Source: an uncultured Candidatus Peribacteria bacterium (GTDB lineage Bacteria > Patescibacteriota > Gracilibacteria > UBA1369 > UBA12473). Taken from it: 64,000 nucleotides of DNA. Made by a program: the position numbers and the translations under genes. This document shows, piece after piece, positions 44,347-53,588 of this stretch (the stretch's first letter is position 1; every line of letters starts with the position of its first letter). The DNA lies in the NCBI GenBank assembly GCA_964473745.1, contig CAYYQE010000002.1, forward strand, positions 5,045-69,044, read 5' to 3'. Below the pieces are notes generated by a model. That model was not told where the DNA came from and did no database searches. It was given only the letters and a program-made list of their open reading frames with translations.

Positions 44347-46590
44347 CTAATTCACTACTAACGCCATGATATAGCTTTCCGCTTGGTTTTGTTGGATTGC
44401 CAATACTCGATAAATCATTTCAGCGACTTCGCCACGGGTCATAGTTTCCCCAACATCCAAAGTGTCCGACTCCCAAGGTAGAATATTCATTTGTTTACCG
44501 AATTGAGCGTACGGCGCGTACCATTCAAGATAGTGAACATCTTCGAAAGGATTACCAATCACAACTGGGTCAACATCAACTCCGAGGGCTAAGCTCAAAA
44601 TCTTAATTGCTTCCACGCGATTTACAGAATCACCTGGGCGAAAATAACCAGTACCACCATCACCCTGCACAATCCCCTCATATTGCGCTGTAGCGACATA
44701 AGGAGCATACCAGGCTGTCGGGTCAGTATCCGGGAAATCCAAAGATGAACCAGCTAATAATTCCTTCATAAACGCCTCGTACATCATTTTCAAAATCTCA
44801 ACGCGCGACACCGGGTCATCAGCCCTAAAAGTATGGTCATCATAACCTTCTACTACTCCCAAAGCTTTTAAATACTCAATTGCTTGATAATAAGGGTTAT
44901 CATTTGCTAAATCTACAAACAATGTCGGAGTAAGTTGCGAACTGCGACCAGTAATATCACCACTGTAAACTCCCAAAAGCACCGAATCATCGGTTAGGGG
45001 AGTGAATTCTAAAGTTGCCATCCCATCTTCAAAATCGTTTTCCGTTAAAGCATAACGAGAAAAGAATCCTTCTCCCATCAAAACCTCAAACTGAATTGGC
45101 TCTGAAAGTTCAAAAGACAGAAGCCTCTCATTATCTTCATTTAAGGCCACTACCACAATTGGTTCAGATTCACCCAAATAAAATGTTCCATCAGTTTCAA
45201 TAACAAAAGAGTCGAGTGGTTTAAGCTGCCCAGTTACAATTATTTCATCGGTTTCGTATGTTTCACCTAAAAAGGTAAAAGTAAGAGTAGAAGTCCCAGC
45301 CGCTAAAGCCTGGACTTTAATCTCGGTATATCCTTTTACAAAATCTATCTTATCTATTCCCAAGCCAGTAACATTCAAAGTTTCGGAGTTCTCGGCTGTG
45401 ACCGTCACATCAGCGTTAAAAGAAGGATTCAAAACATATTCACCACGCTCATCAACCAGTGATACTTTGAGCATTTGTTCAGTTCCCTCTTCCATATAGG
45501 GGTTGAAATCAAATTCCATGTGATCAAACGGTCGGATATAAACCTCTTCTTCCTCTTCAACTACAACTTCTTCAACCGCATCGGTAATTACATCTGTTAT
45601 TTCTACGTCAATAACCACACTTTCCTCTTCAATAACTTCTTCCACTACTTCTTCCTCTGACGCGGCTTCATCCGTGCTACTCAAAACAATTTCCGTGCCC
45701 ACATCTAAATAAGATTGAACATAATCAAACGGATTAATTGTGTAAGCATACATATTATCTTGACCAACACCCTCATTTACAGCTTGGAAAAAGCCACCAA
45801 CCGCATTTGCTTCGGCTGTTGTAAAAGGCCAATACAAATGCCAAGGGGCATCGCTATTATCAATCTGGAAATGAAGATGATCAGTCGTAGCAGTCCCTGT
45901 GTCACCAATTGTCCCGATCTTTTGACCTTTGGTCATGACATCTCCTTCGGCTACTGAAATCGAACTCAAGTGAGCATAACCAGAATAAAGAGTTGTTCCC
46001 ACATTCGGATTATCAGGTGAAGGAACATTGTTATGACGTATTACAACCAAATTCCCAAAACCATAATCAGAATAACTAACTCGATCCACCACACCATTCA
46101 TAATCGAATAAACAGGCGTTCCTTTAAGAGTTTTTACATCAACGGCCGGGTGACTTCCCGTGCCTTCAATTCCATCTAATCGATAAGTCCCAGCATAAAG
46201 CACCGGATAAGTAATTTGCATCAATCTAGTATAATCATCATAAGTGTCTCCCCAGGTTAAGTTCGTCGAACTCACGCTTAAACGAGAAGGTTCATAAGAA
46301 GGGATATCAATTAATTTAGAAGAAGGGAAATTGTCAAAACTTAAATTTTGCTCATCGGCCGTAACATTAAGCCAGTCCGGAATGTTCTGAACTGGATAAA
46401 CAGTCCCGTCAAAAGGGGCATGACTTGGGACAGTTAAAATACTCAATTGTAAATATTGGGCATTATCTTTGACAGCCGCGGTAGCAAACATCAGCAAAAC
46501 CATAATAACGGCCCAGCCGCGTTTGTGACCCTTCCATAAACGTTTTGATTGAACGTGAGGGTGATCCTTGTGAAGTTTTTGGTTAACCAT
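44347..46590 (-). CDS. SLH-anchored M23 (LytM-type) metallopeptidase
   Basis: The M23 core is HPAVDV ... GYAHLSSISVAEGDVMTKGQKIGTIGDTGTATTDHLHFQI. An acidic linker and Ig-like segments follow. Three C-terminal SLH repeats are present (YYQAIEYLKALGVVEGYDDHTFRADDPVSRVE and so on). Confidence 0.85.
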   Translation of the reverse strand: MVNQKLHKDHPHVQSKRLWKGHKRGWAVIMVLLMFATAAVKDNAQYLQLSILTVPSHAPFDGTVYPVQNIPDWLNVTADEQNLSFDNFPSSKLIDIPSYEPSRLSVSSTNLTWGDTYDDYTRLMQITYPVLYAGTYRLDGIEGTGSHPAVDVKTLKGTPVYSIMNGVVDRVSYSDYGFGNLVVIRHNNVPSPDNPNVGTTLYSGYAHLSSISVAEGDVMTKGQKIGTIGDTGTATTDHLHFQIDNSDAPWHLYWPFTTAEANAVGGFFQAVNEGVGQDNMYAYTINPFDYVQSYLDVGTEIVLSSTDEAASEEEVVEEVIEEESVVIDVEITDVITDAVEEVVVEEEEEVYIRPFDHMEFDFNPYMEEGTEQMLKVSLVDERGEYVLNPSFNADVTVTAENSETLNVTGLGIDKIDFVKGYTEIKVQALAAGTSTLTFTFLGETYETDEIIVTGQLKPLDSFVIETDGTFYLGESEPIVVVALNEDNERLLSFELSEPIQFEVLMGEGFFSRYALTENDFEDGMATLEFTPLTDDSVLLGVYSGDITGRSSQLTPTLFVDLANDNPYYQAIEYLKALGVVEGYDDHTFRADDPVSRVEILKMMYEAFMKELLAGSSLDFPDTDPTAWYAPYVATAQYEGIVQGDGGTGYFRPGDSVNRVEAIKILSLALGVDVDPVVIGNPFEDVHYLEWYAPYAQFGKQMNILPWESDTLDVGETMTRGEVAEMIYRVLAIQQNQAESYIMALVVN

Positions 46591-46683
46591 TTTTTTGTTT
46601 TTATTTTCTAGCTCCTTTTTTTATTCTTTTGATTATACCAATTTCTCCTTTAAAAATCAAGTGTTGTAGGGCAAAATAGGCTC

Positions 46684-47112
46684 ATGGAATTAATTAGTTT
46701 ATCTCCAGAAGAAACTTTGGCGCTTGGGGGGAAGATCCGGCAAGAGTTCCCCGAACACCGTATTATTTGTCTGATGGGGCCACTTGGTAGCGGGAAAACT
46801 TGTTTTACAAAGGGAGTTGGGGAAAGTCTTGGTTTTGATAAAAAACAGATTAAAAGCCCAACTTTCACTACTGTTTTGGAGCATCGCGGAGCCAGCCAAG
46901 ATTTAGTACATTGTGATTTTTATCGATATGAAGAACCGCACGATTTGGATGTTGCTTGGTGGGCCGAAATAATCGACACCCCAGATCAAGTAATTGTAAT
47001 TGAATGGGCCGAACGTATTGAGCCGCACTTGCCAACCCCCCGTTTAGAGGTGCGTTTTGAAGATTTAGGGGAAAACCAGAGAAAGCTTTTTTTTAACCCC
47101 ATTAACACATGA
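46684..47112 (+). CDS. tsaE: tRNA threonylcarbamoyladenosine biosynthesis ATPase TsaE
   Basis: GPLGSGKTCFTKG P-loop, HCDFYR motif and the 142-aa size. Confidence 0.85.
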   Translation: MELISLSPEETLALGGKIRQEFPEHRIICLMGPLGSGKTCFTKGVGESLGFDKKQIKSPTFTTVLEHRGASQDLVHCDFYRYEEPHDLDVAWWAEIIDTPDQVIVIEWAERIEPHLPTPRLEVRFEDLGENQRKLFFNPINT

Positions 47113-47705
47113 CCGAAGAAGGAGTTGAACAACTTTATGATGAATTTCACACCCCAGTACATGTCCGAGCGCACTGCTTGCAAGTGGCGCGAGTAGGTTT
47201 GCAAATAGCCGAAGAACTTAGCGAAGCCGGAGTGCAAATTGACCCAGAACTCGTCTGGATTGCTGGTTTGGTACATGATTTTGCTCGAATTATAGACTTT
47301 CAGGAGCTTCCTAGTGATTTAGGCACCAAAGAGGACCAAATTGTTTGGGAAAAGCTTAGATCAACCTATCAGGGCCATCACGCAGACGTGGGAGCTAAAA
47401 TATTAGAAGAAATGGACGAAAAAGTTCTGTCAGAAATTGTTCGCAAGCATAAATACACTAATATTATCGATGACCCGCCGCAAACTTGGGAGGAGAAAGT
47501 GATTTATTACGCTGATAAGCGCGTAATGCATGGTGATGTTGTTTCCCTAGAAAATCGGCTAAATGAAGGACATAAAAGACATTTTCCCAATGAAAGTGTC
47601 AGCCCCGAAGAAAAAAACCGCCGCCACGCTATTCATGCTTTAGAAAAAGAACTCTTTGCGCCAATTGATCTAAATCCCGAAGATCTAGAGCAAAGAATTC
47701 AATAA
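47109..47705 (+). CDS. HD-domain phosphohydrolase
   Basis: H...HD (GLVHDFAR) and YYADKR motifs. The ATGA start overlaps the tsaE stop. Confidence 0.7.
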   Translation: MTEEGVEQLYDEFHTPVHVRAHCLQVARVGLQIAEELSEAGVQIDPELVWIAGLVHDFARIIDFQELPSDLGTKEDQIVWEKLRSTYQGHHADVGAKILEEMDEKVLSEIVRKHKYTNIIDDPPQTWEEKVIYYADKRVMHGDVVSLENRLNEGHKRHFPNESVSPEEKNRRHAIHALEKELFAPIDLNPEDLEQRIQ

Positions 47706-49133
47706 CGCCCGAGTGGTGTCGTCTAAAACCCCGGCATTTTCATCAGTTTCAGTATCAATCAAGCTGTTTGCTATTTGAAAAGCAATAACCGCTATTTCTG
47801 TTTGTTCCCCATAAAACTGCGTCAAAAACGAGCCTTTAAAAAACCCAAGTTGTCGCAAAAGAGACTGTAACTCTTTCACATCATCACCTCGGTCACCACC
47901 AACTAAATAGCGCGAAAAAGTTTCTTCACTGGCCAGTACAATTTCTTCATCAACTTCAGGGAGTGGAGCACGCTCATTACGGGTATAAGCCAAGTAACTC
48001 ATGCTTTTTAAACGTTCCCCCAAAATTGAGTTCATGGCGGAACGAGTCTGCGGTCCCATAACGCCAGCTCCATCATCTTCCTTTGTTTGAAGAATTCCTT
48101 GTTTTTGTTGAAATTTAAACACCGCGTGTTCTGTTAATTCCCCAAAATATCCCGTAGGCTCAATTCTCATAAAACCTAAATGAACTAATTCTTCTTGCAG
48201 AATTCGAACATCTTCACCAACCACGCCCAGCGTTAAGGTGCGCGCAAAATTAGTGGCGTTTTTTTCTAAATCCGGATATTTAGGAATAAGCAGTAATCCT
48301 TGTTGATATTTTTGAAAAACAACCTGTTCTTGCTCCTCTTTCAAACGAGCAATCGCTAAATCAAGCATTTTGCGAGTATTAACCCCGGCGTGCCCAGCTC
48401 CTAAATCTTCATCAGATTCGACAACTTCGTTATCTAGCTGAAACAAATAAACAGCCTCTCGCGTGTCATCACCGTAAAAACCAGTAATTTCACCATCAAA
48501 ATATCCCAAAATTCGCAAATAACTTTGTAAATCTTCAACATCTTCACCAGTACTTAAATACCAAATATCTTGTTCAAAAAGTTGCGGTGCTAGAATTACA
48601 TTTTTTATAAATGCTTCAGTTGTGGAAAATCCTTCTAAATAAACAGATTCCGTAATCGAATCATCAATTCCGTAAACTGTTACTTGGACATCTTTTTTAC
48701 CCCAAGTCAGAGCTCTGGTTAAACCAACGTCACAATATCCCATCCACACATCCAGCCGATCATATATTTGGTTGCGATTTCCAGCGGTAACGATTGCTCC
48801 ACCGCGATCATGCACCGCGGTAATTCCAACACCCGGGATGCTCATTTTAGTGCCAAAAGGATAAGTCTTGGGGGCCGCAATCATACCTGGGTAAACTGGG
48901 GTCCCATCCGCTCCATTTACACCACTTCCATTCAAACGAATATCACCAGCGTGAGTGCCGGTCACATATCGTTCTTGCCCTTCACAAGGCGAATAATAAG
49001 CAGAGATCGTAAAAGTCTTGGTATAAGGGAAAAGCTCGTCCGCCTGCGCTAGGGGAGCATTAGTCATTTGCGGCATCATCACCAGCGATGTGAACGCCGC
49101 CACTGACAACAGTTTTAGTAAACCCTTTTTCAT
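47685..49133 (-). CDS. Secreted cell-wall protein: N-terminal 3D (DPBB, lytic-transglycosylase-like) domain plus three PG_binding_1-like repeats
   Basis: Signal peptide (MKKGLLKLLSVAAFTSLVMM). The 3D-domain pattern is ISAYYSPCEGQ...GTKMSIPGVG...VHDRGGAI. There are three repeats of LQ..L..LGF..G..TG.YG..T..AV..FQ. Confidence 0.75.
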   Translation of the reverse strand: MKKGLLKLLSVAAFTSLVMMPQMTNAPLAQADELFPYTKTFTISAYYSPCEGQERYVTGTHAGDIRLNGSGVNGADGTPVYPGMIAAPKTYPFGTKMSIPGVGITAVHDRGGAIVTAGNRNQIYDRLDVWMGYCDVGLTRALTWGKKDVQVTVYGIDDSITESVYLEGFSTTEAFIKNVILAPQLFEQDIWYLSTGEDVEDLQSYLRILGYFDGEITGFYGDDTREAVYLFQLDNEVVESDEDLGAGHAGVNTRKMLDLAIARLKEEQEQVVFQKYQQGLLLIPKYPDLEKNATNFARTLTLGVVGEDVRILQEELVHLGFMRIEPTGYFGELTEHAVFKFQQKQGILQTKEDDGAGVMGPQTRSAMNSILGERLKSMSYLAYTRNERAPLPEVDEEIVLASEETFSRYLVGGDRGDDVKELQSLLRQLGFFKGSFLTQFYGEQTEIAVIAFQIANSLIDTETDENAGVLDDTTRALLNSLL

Positions 49134-49210
49134 GTTTGTTTTGGTTTTTTAATTCAAAAAAGTATAGCAGAAAAGCCCTAAAAAGTCCACCTTAAGTCTT
49201 AGGTCCTATT

Positions 49211-51712
49211 TTAAATCGCTCCCAATCTTCGGAATATCTCTCGCTCCACAAAATCCTTATCGCGACCATATTTAAGACGAGAAAGCTGCTTGTAAGCCTC
49301 GGCTGCCTCGTGGTCACCTTGAACCAAATAAGGATTGATCGGAATAATACTAAATGGACGACTTGGCTGAGTATCGATCGAGAGCTTCATAACTCCCTTA
49401 TATTTATCCATGGAAATCAAATCTTGCTCCGAGAAAACCGGGGCCATTTCTTTAGCCATAAACTCGGCGTCTTGGGCCCCAATCTTATAAGACATAATCG
49501 AGCCCACATTACCAAAAATCGCATCTTTTAAGCTCACTTGTTTTGACCCTTTCTTGGCCTGAGAACCTTCGAGTTGCGCCAAATACTGATGAGCAATAAT
49601 TAATCCTAAACGATACTTACGAGCTTCAGACAAAATTGATTCAATACTCTCGGTAACATAATTTTGGAATTCATCGATGTACAAGAAGAAATCCTGACGA
49701 TCTTCTTTGGATTGTTTTTGGCGTCGCATAGCTGCCATTTGAATTTTTGAAACCGTAATTAAACCAAGAAGTTTGGAGTTAACTTCACCAGTTTCACCTT
49801 TCGAAAGATTCATTAAAAGGATCTTTTTGTTATTCATCACATCAGTAAAATCAAAAGCTGATTTAGATTGACCAATAATGTTACGCATCATGCCATTGGT
49901 CACAAATTGACCAAATTTCGCGGCAAAATACGGAATCATCTCCTGTTTTTCACGAGCACCAGTTTTAGCCATCTGGTGGGCCCAAAACGATTTAACAATT
50001 GGATTCTTAACATGTTTAACTTTTTCACGCTGATAATCATCATCCGTAAACAGTCTTACCACATCTGTTAGGGCACCTCCTTCGGGATCCGCCATCAAGG
50101 TCAAACAACCATTACGAAAGTAATCTTGAATTCGCGGTCCAAAGATCTCTTCATCAAACAATTTAATCATAATATTCATGGCTTCTAAGGCCACCCAGTC
50201 ACGTTCTTCTTCTGTTTCCGCCTCTAGCAAATTAAGGCCCAGCGGACGATCCAAATCACCGGGATTAAAATAAATCACATCATCAGCCCGTTCACGGGGC
50301 ACAAACGGCAAAATATCCTCAATTAGTGAGCCATGCGGATCAATCACACAAAGGCCGCGGCCTTCCGCTAAATCCTGACGAATCATGACCTGCATAGTCG
50401 AAGATTTACCAGTCCCGGTTTGTCCAATAACATAAAAATGCCGAAACCGATCCTCGTTTTTAATGCGAATTTCGCGACTTTCCCCACGATAAAAATTGTT
50501 CCCCAAAAGCAGCCCTTCCTTTGGTAAATCCGCCGGAGCTTTAACAACCCGAAAGTTTTGCCAGTGAATATGTGGCGCCAGGTTATAACGAATATCTGGG
50601 ATATGATAAAGCGAGGCCAATTCTTCTGATGACATAATCATCGGCCCATTAAATAAATGGAAAAATCGTTGGGTCCAATTCCGCTTTAACGAGCGATAAA
50701 TATAGCGAATAGCTAGATACTTATTAGTATGATAACGGGTATACAAAAGAGCATTACGATCAGTTGAAGCATACTGCGCAAAAGCACTCCGGATGCTTAA
50801 ATACTGTTGTTTAGCCGAATAGGGTTTTGGTGAACTTACCAGTAAACGAATAACGGTTTCAAACCCTGGCTGCGTGTTTTTTTCTTCAATGGCCTTAATT
50901 TGTTCATCGGTCAGGGGAGTGGTGCGCTCGGTGTGTCGTTGGGACTCGGCATCAAATCCAATGTACTCCTGAGTTGGACCTCTAAAAAACATATTAAGCA
51001 ACATGCTAACCCACGAAAGCGGGTTTAAAAATCGCAAAAAACTACCCTCTTTTTGGTGCATAATATCAGCCGCTAATTTACGGCCCCGCTTTTGCCAGCC
51101 ATCACGTTTAGGACGGATTACAACCTGCAAAGTGGCAGCCTCATCATTTTCTAATTTCGAAAAAACATTTGTAATCCCATTTAAAGGATCGGTATTTAAG
51201 TGCTGATAAGTCTTAAACGGGTATTTAAAAGGTTTGTGATGACGGAAATAACAGCCTCTTACATGAGCTCCCTCCGAAAAAATATTAGGCTCTGGACCAT
51301 ATTCAACATAAATATCCGGATAAAAACTCGTTAATTGCTTTTCCACAATCTTAGCCGCTTCTTTGGGGACGCCAATATAAAAATCAATCAAATTATTTTG
51401 CACGGCAATCTCAAAACTCATAAATGTTTGTCCTCTAAGCCAAGCCACAAAACCCACATCATAAACACTATGTAATGCTTCATAAAAATGTTTCATTACC
51501 GAAGCCGCTTCTTTAAAATCAGTTGTTGTCGCGAATTTTTCTTTTTCCTTTTCTTTTTCTTCTTTAGTTTCCTTTCTCGGGATTTGAAGTTTCATGAAAA
51601 CCATATTCATGGATCGTCCATGATTCAGGCGGCAACGCATCCACCACCACAATAGGAGGAGGAAGGCGACCGACCCTAGAACTGAACTCAGACTAATCAT
51701 CCAGAATTCCAT
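49211..51712 (-). CDS. VirD4/TraD-like membrane-anchored P-loop ATPase (type IV coupling-protein-like)
   Basis: N-terminal TM helix. Walker A is VIGQTGTGKSS and Walker B is FFLYIDEFQNY, with an ARKYRLGLIIAHQ arginine-finger-like region. The family call is from memory of similar CPR and plasmid proteins. Confidence 0.6.
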   Translation of the reverse strand: MEFWMISLSSVLGSVAFLLLLWWWMRCRLNHGRSMNMVFMKLQIPRKETKEEKEKEKEKFATTTDFKEAASVMKHFYEALHSVYDVGFVAWLRGQTFMSFEIAVQNNLIDFYIGVPKEAAKIVEKQLTSFYPDIYVEYGPEPNIFSEGAHVRGCYFRHHKPFKYPFKTYQHLNTDPLNGITNVFSKLENDEAATLQVVIRPKRDGWQKRGRKLAADIMHQKEGSFLRFLNPLSWVSMLLNMFFRGPTQEYIGFDAESQRHTERTTPLTDEQIKAIEEKNTQPGFETVIRLLVSSPKPYSAKQQYLSIRSAFAQYASTDRNALLYTRYHTNKYLAIRYIYRSLKRNWTQRFFHLFNGPMIMSSEELASLYHIPDIRYNLAPHIHWQNFRVVKAPADLPKEGLLLGNNFYRGESREIRIKNEDRFRHFYVIGQTGTGKSSTMQVMIRQDLAEGRGLCVIDPHGSLIEDILPFVPRERADDVIYFNPGDLDRPLGLNLLEAETEEERDWVALEAMNIMIKLFDEEIFGPRIQDYFRNGCLTLMADPEGGALTDVVRLFTDDDYQREKVKHVKNPIVKSFWAHQMAKTGAREKQEMIPYFAAKFGQFVTNGMMRNIIGQSKSAFDFTDVMNNKKILLMNLSKGETGEVNSKLLGLITVSKIQMAAMRRQKQSKEDRQDFFLYIDEFQNYVTESIESILSEARKYRLGLIIAHQYLAQLEGSQAKKGSKQVSLKDAIFGNVGSIMSYKIGAQDAEFMAKEMAPVFSEQDLISMDKYKGVMKLSIDTQPSRPFSIIPINPYLVQGDHEAAEAYKQLSRLKYGRDKDFVEREIFRRLGAI

Positions 51713-51796
51713 ACTATGATTTTAGGGGGTATTCAAAAAATTACAATCCATATAATTATACCACAAAAACAGAGAGAAAACAACTTAAAGCTCTCC

Positions 51797-53560
51797 CTAT
51801 TCTTCTAAGAATTTAATATTCATTTCAGCAATCTGCTCTTCCGGTAATTCACTTGGAGAACCAACCATTAAATCTTTTGCTTTTTGATCTTTCGGAAAGG
51901 CGATTACCTCTCGAATATTTGGCTCATCTTGAATCAACATAATAATGCGATCCAATCCCCAGGCAATTCCGCCATGTGGAGGAGCACCATACTTAAAAGC
52001 ATTTAAAAGATGACCAAAACGGTCAGCAGCATCCTCCTTAGAAATCCCCAGCGCTCCAAAAATTTTCTGCTGAAGCTCAGCATCATGAATTCTAATACTA
52101 CCACCGGCAATTTCTGATCCATTCAAAGAAAGATCATAAGCCAAAGCCTTTACTTTTTCAGGAGCAGATTCCAATAAACCAACATCTTCGGGGCGAGGAC
52201 AAGTAAAAGGATGATGAGCCGCGGCATACCGACCTTCTTCTTCATTAAATTCAAAGAGTGGGAAATCCGTCACCCAACAAAAAGCCAATTTAGAAGGATC
52301 ACGCAACTCGAACCGATCAGCACACGCCAAGCGCACATATCCCATTGCGGTGCAGGCAATTTCAAATGTATCGGCTGTAAAAAACACAATATCTCCGGGT
52401 TTAGCTGCTACCGCATCAACTAAAGAGCGACCCTCGTCTTCAAAAAACTTAGTAATAGGAGACTTCAATCCAGCTTCTTCGACAATCAAATAAGCCAAGC
52501 CTTTGGCGCCATACACTTTTGCCAGCTCGGTTAATTCATCAATATCCTTCCGACTAAATTTTGCCCCTCCTTCTACGCGAAGAGCCTTTACGGTGCCACC
52601 ATCTTTGACGGCTTTTTCAAACACTTGAAACCCACAACCCGCACAAAGCTCGGAAACATCCTGGACCTCCATTTCAAACCGAATATCAGGTTTGTCTGAA
52701 CCGTATTTATTCATGGCCTCCTCCCAAGTCAGACGAGGATAAGGTTTAGTTAGAATTTCTTTATTTGGGCAGAGTTCTTCAAAAATAGTAGTCAAAACCT
52801 CTTCATTTATATTCATAATATCTTCTGGTTCCACAAACGACATTTCCATGTCCAATTGCGTAAACTCTGGCTGACGATCGCCACGCTGGTCTTCATCACG
52901 GAAACAACGGGCAATTTGAAAGTATTTATCCATTCCCGACACCATCAAAAGCTGTTTAAGCTGTTGCGGTGATTGCGGCAAAACAAAACATTTCCCTGGG
53001 TAAAGTCGTGAAGGAATTATATATTCGCGACTTCCTTCGGGCGTTCCTTTAATCAAAATAGGAGTTTCCACTTCTACAAAACCATGTTCATCAAACAAAT
53101 CACGTGTTCTTTTAATAAATTTATGCCGCATTACAAGATTGTTTCGCATACGACTCCGGCGTAAATCTAGATAACGATATTTCAAACGCAACTCTTCTCC
53201 AACGGGCTTGTTTTGGTCAATTTCAAACGGGGGAGTCAAAGATTCATTTAATATTGTAATTTCTTCCACCAAAACCTCAATTCCACCAGTTTCCATATCC
53301 TCATTGGTCATACCTTCCGGGCGCTTACGAACTGTTCCCGTAACTTGCACTACGAACTCCGAGCGAAGGCTATCCATTGTCTGGTGAACCTCCTGATTGT
53401 TTTGAGGATCAGAAACAATTTGCGTTAGCCCATAACGATCGCGCAAAACAACAAAAATTAGGCCACCATGATCGCGTCGTTGGTGAACCCAACCTGACAA
53501 AGTAACTTTTTGGCCATCATGCTCCGGACAAAGTTGATCTAAAGTATGTGTTCGATACAT
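51797..53560 (-). CDS. aspS: Aspartate--tRNA ligase (bacterial type)
   Basis: The N-terminal OB (GWVHQRRDHGGLIFVVLRD), class II motifs (FRDEDQRGDRQPEFTQLD, GGSIRIH) and the bacterial insertion domain are present. Confidence 0.95.
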   Translation of the reverse strand: MYRTHTLDQLCPEHDGQKVTLSGWVHQRRDHGGLIFVVLRDRYGLTQIVSDPQNNQEVHQTMDSLRSEFVVQVTGTVRKRPEGMTNEDMETGGIEVLVEEITILNESLTPPFEIDQNKPVGEELRLKYRYLDLRRSRMRNNLVMRHKFIKRTRDLFDEHGFVEVETPILIKGTPEGSREYIIPSRLYPGKCFVLPQSPQQLKQLLMVSGMDKYFQIARCFRDEDQRGDRQPEFTQLDMEMSFVEPEDIMNINEEVLTTIFEELCPNKEILTKPYPRLTWEEAMNKYGSDKPDIRFEMEVQDVSELCAGCGFQVFEKAVKDGGTVKALRVEGGAKFSRKDIDELTELAKVYGAKGLAYLIVEEAGLKSPITKFFEDEGRSLVDAVAAKPGDIVFFTADTFEIACTAMGYVRLACADRFELRDPSKLAFCWVTDFPLFEFNEEEGRYAAAHHPFTCPRPEDVGLLESAPEKVKALAYDLSLNGSEIAGGSIRIHDAELQQKIFGALGISKEDAADRFGHLLNAFKYGAPPHGGIAWGLDRIIMLIQDEPNIREVIAFPKDQKAKDLMVGSPSELPEEQIAEMNIKFLEE

Positions 53561-53588
53561 TAAAAATTTTATTTAAGTAAGTGCCATA

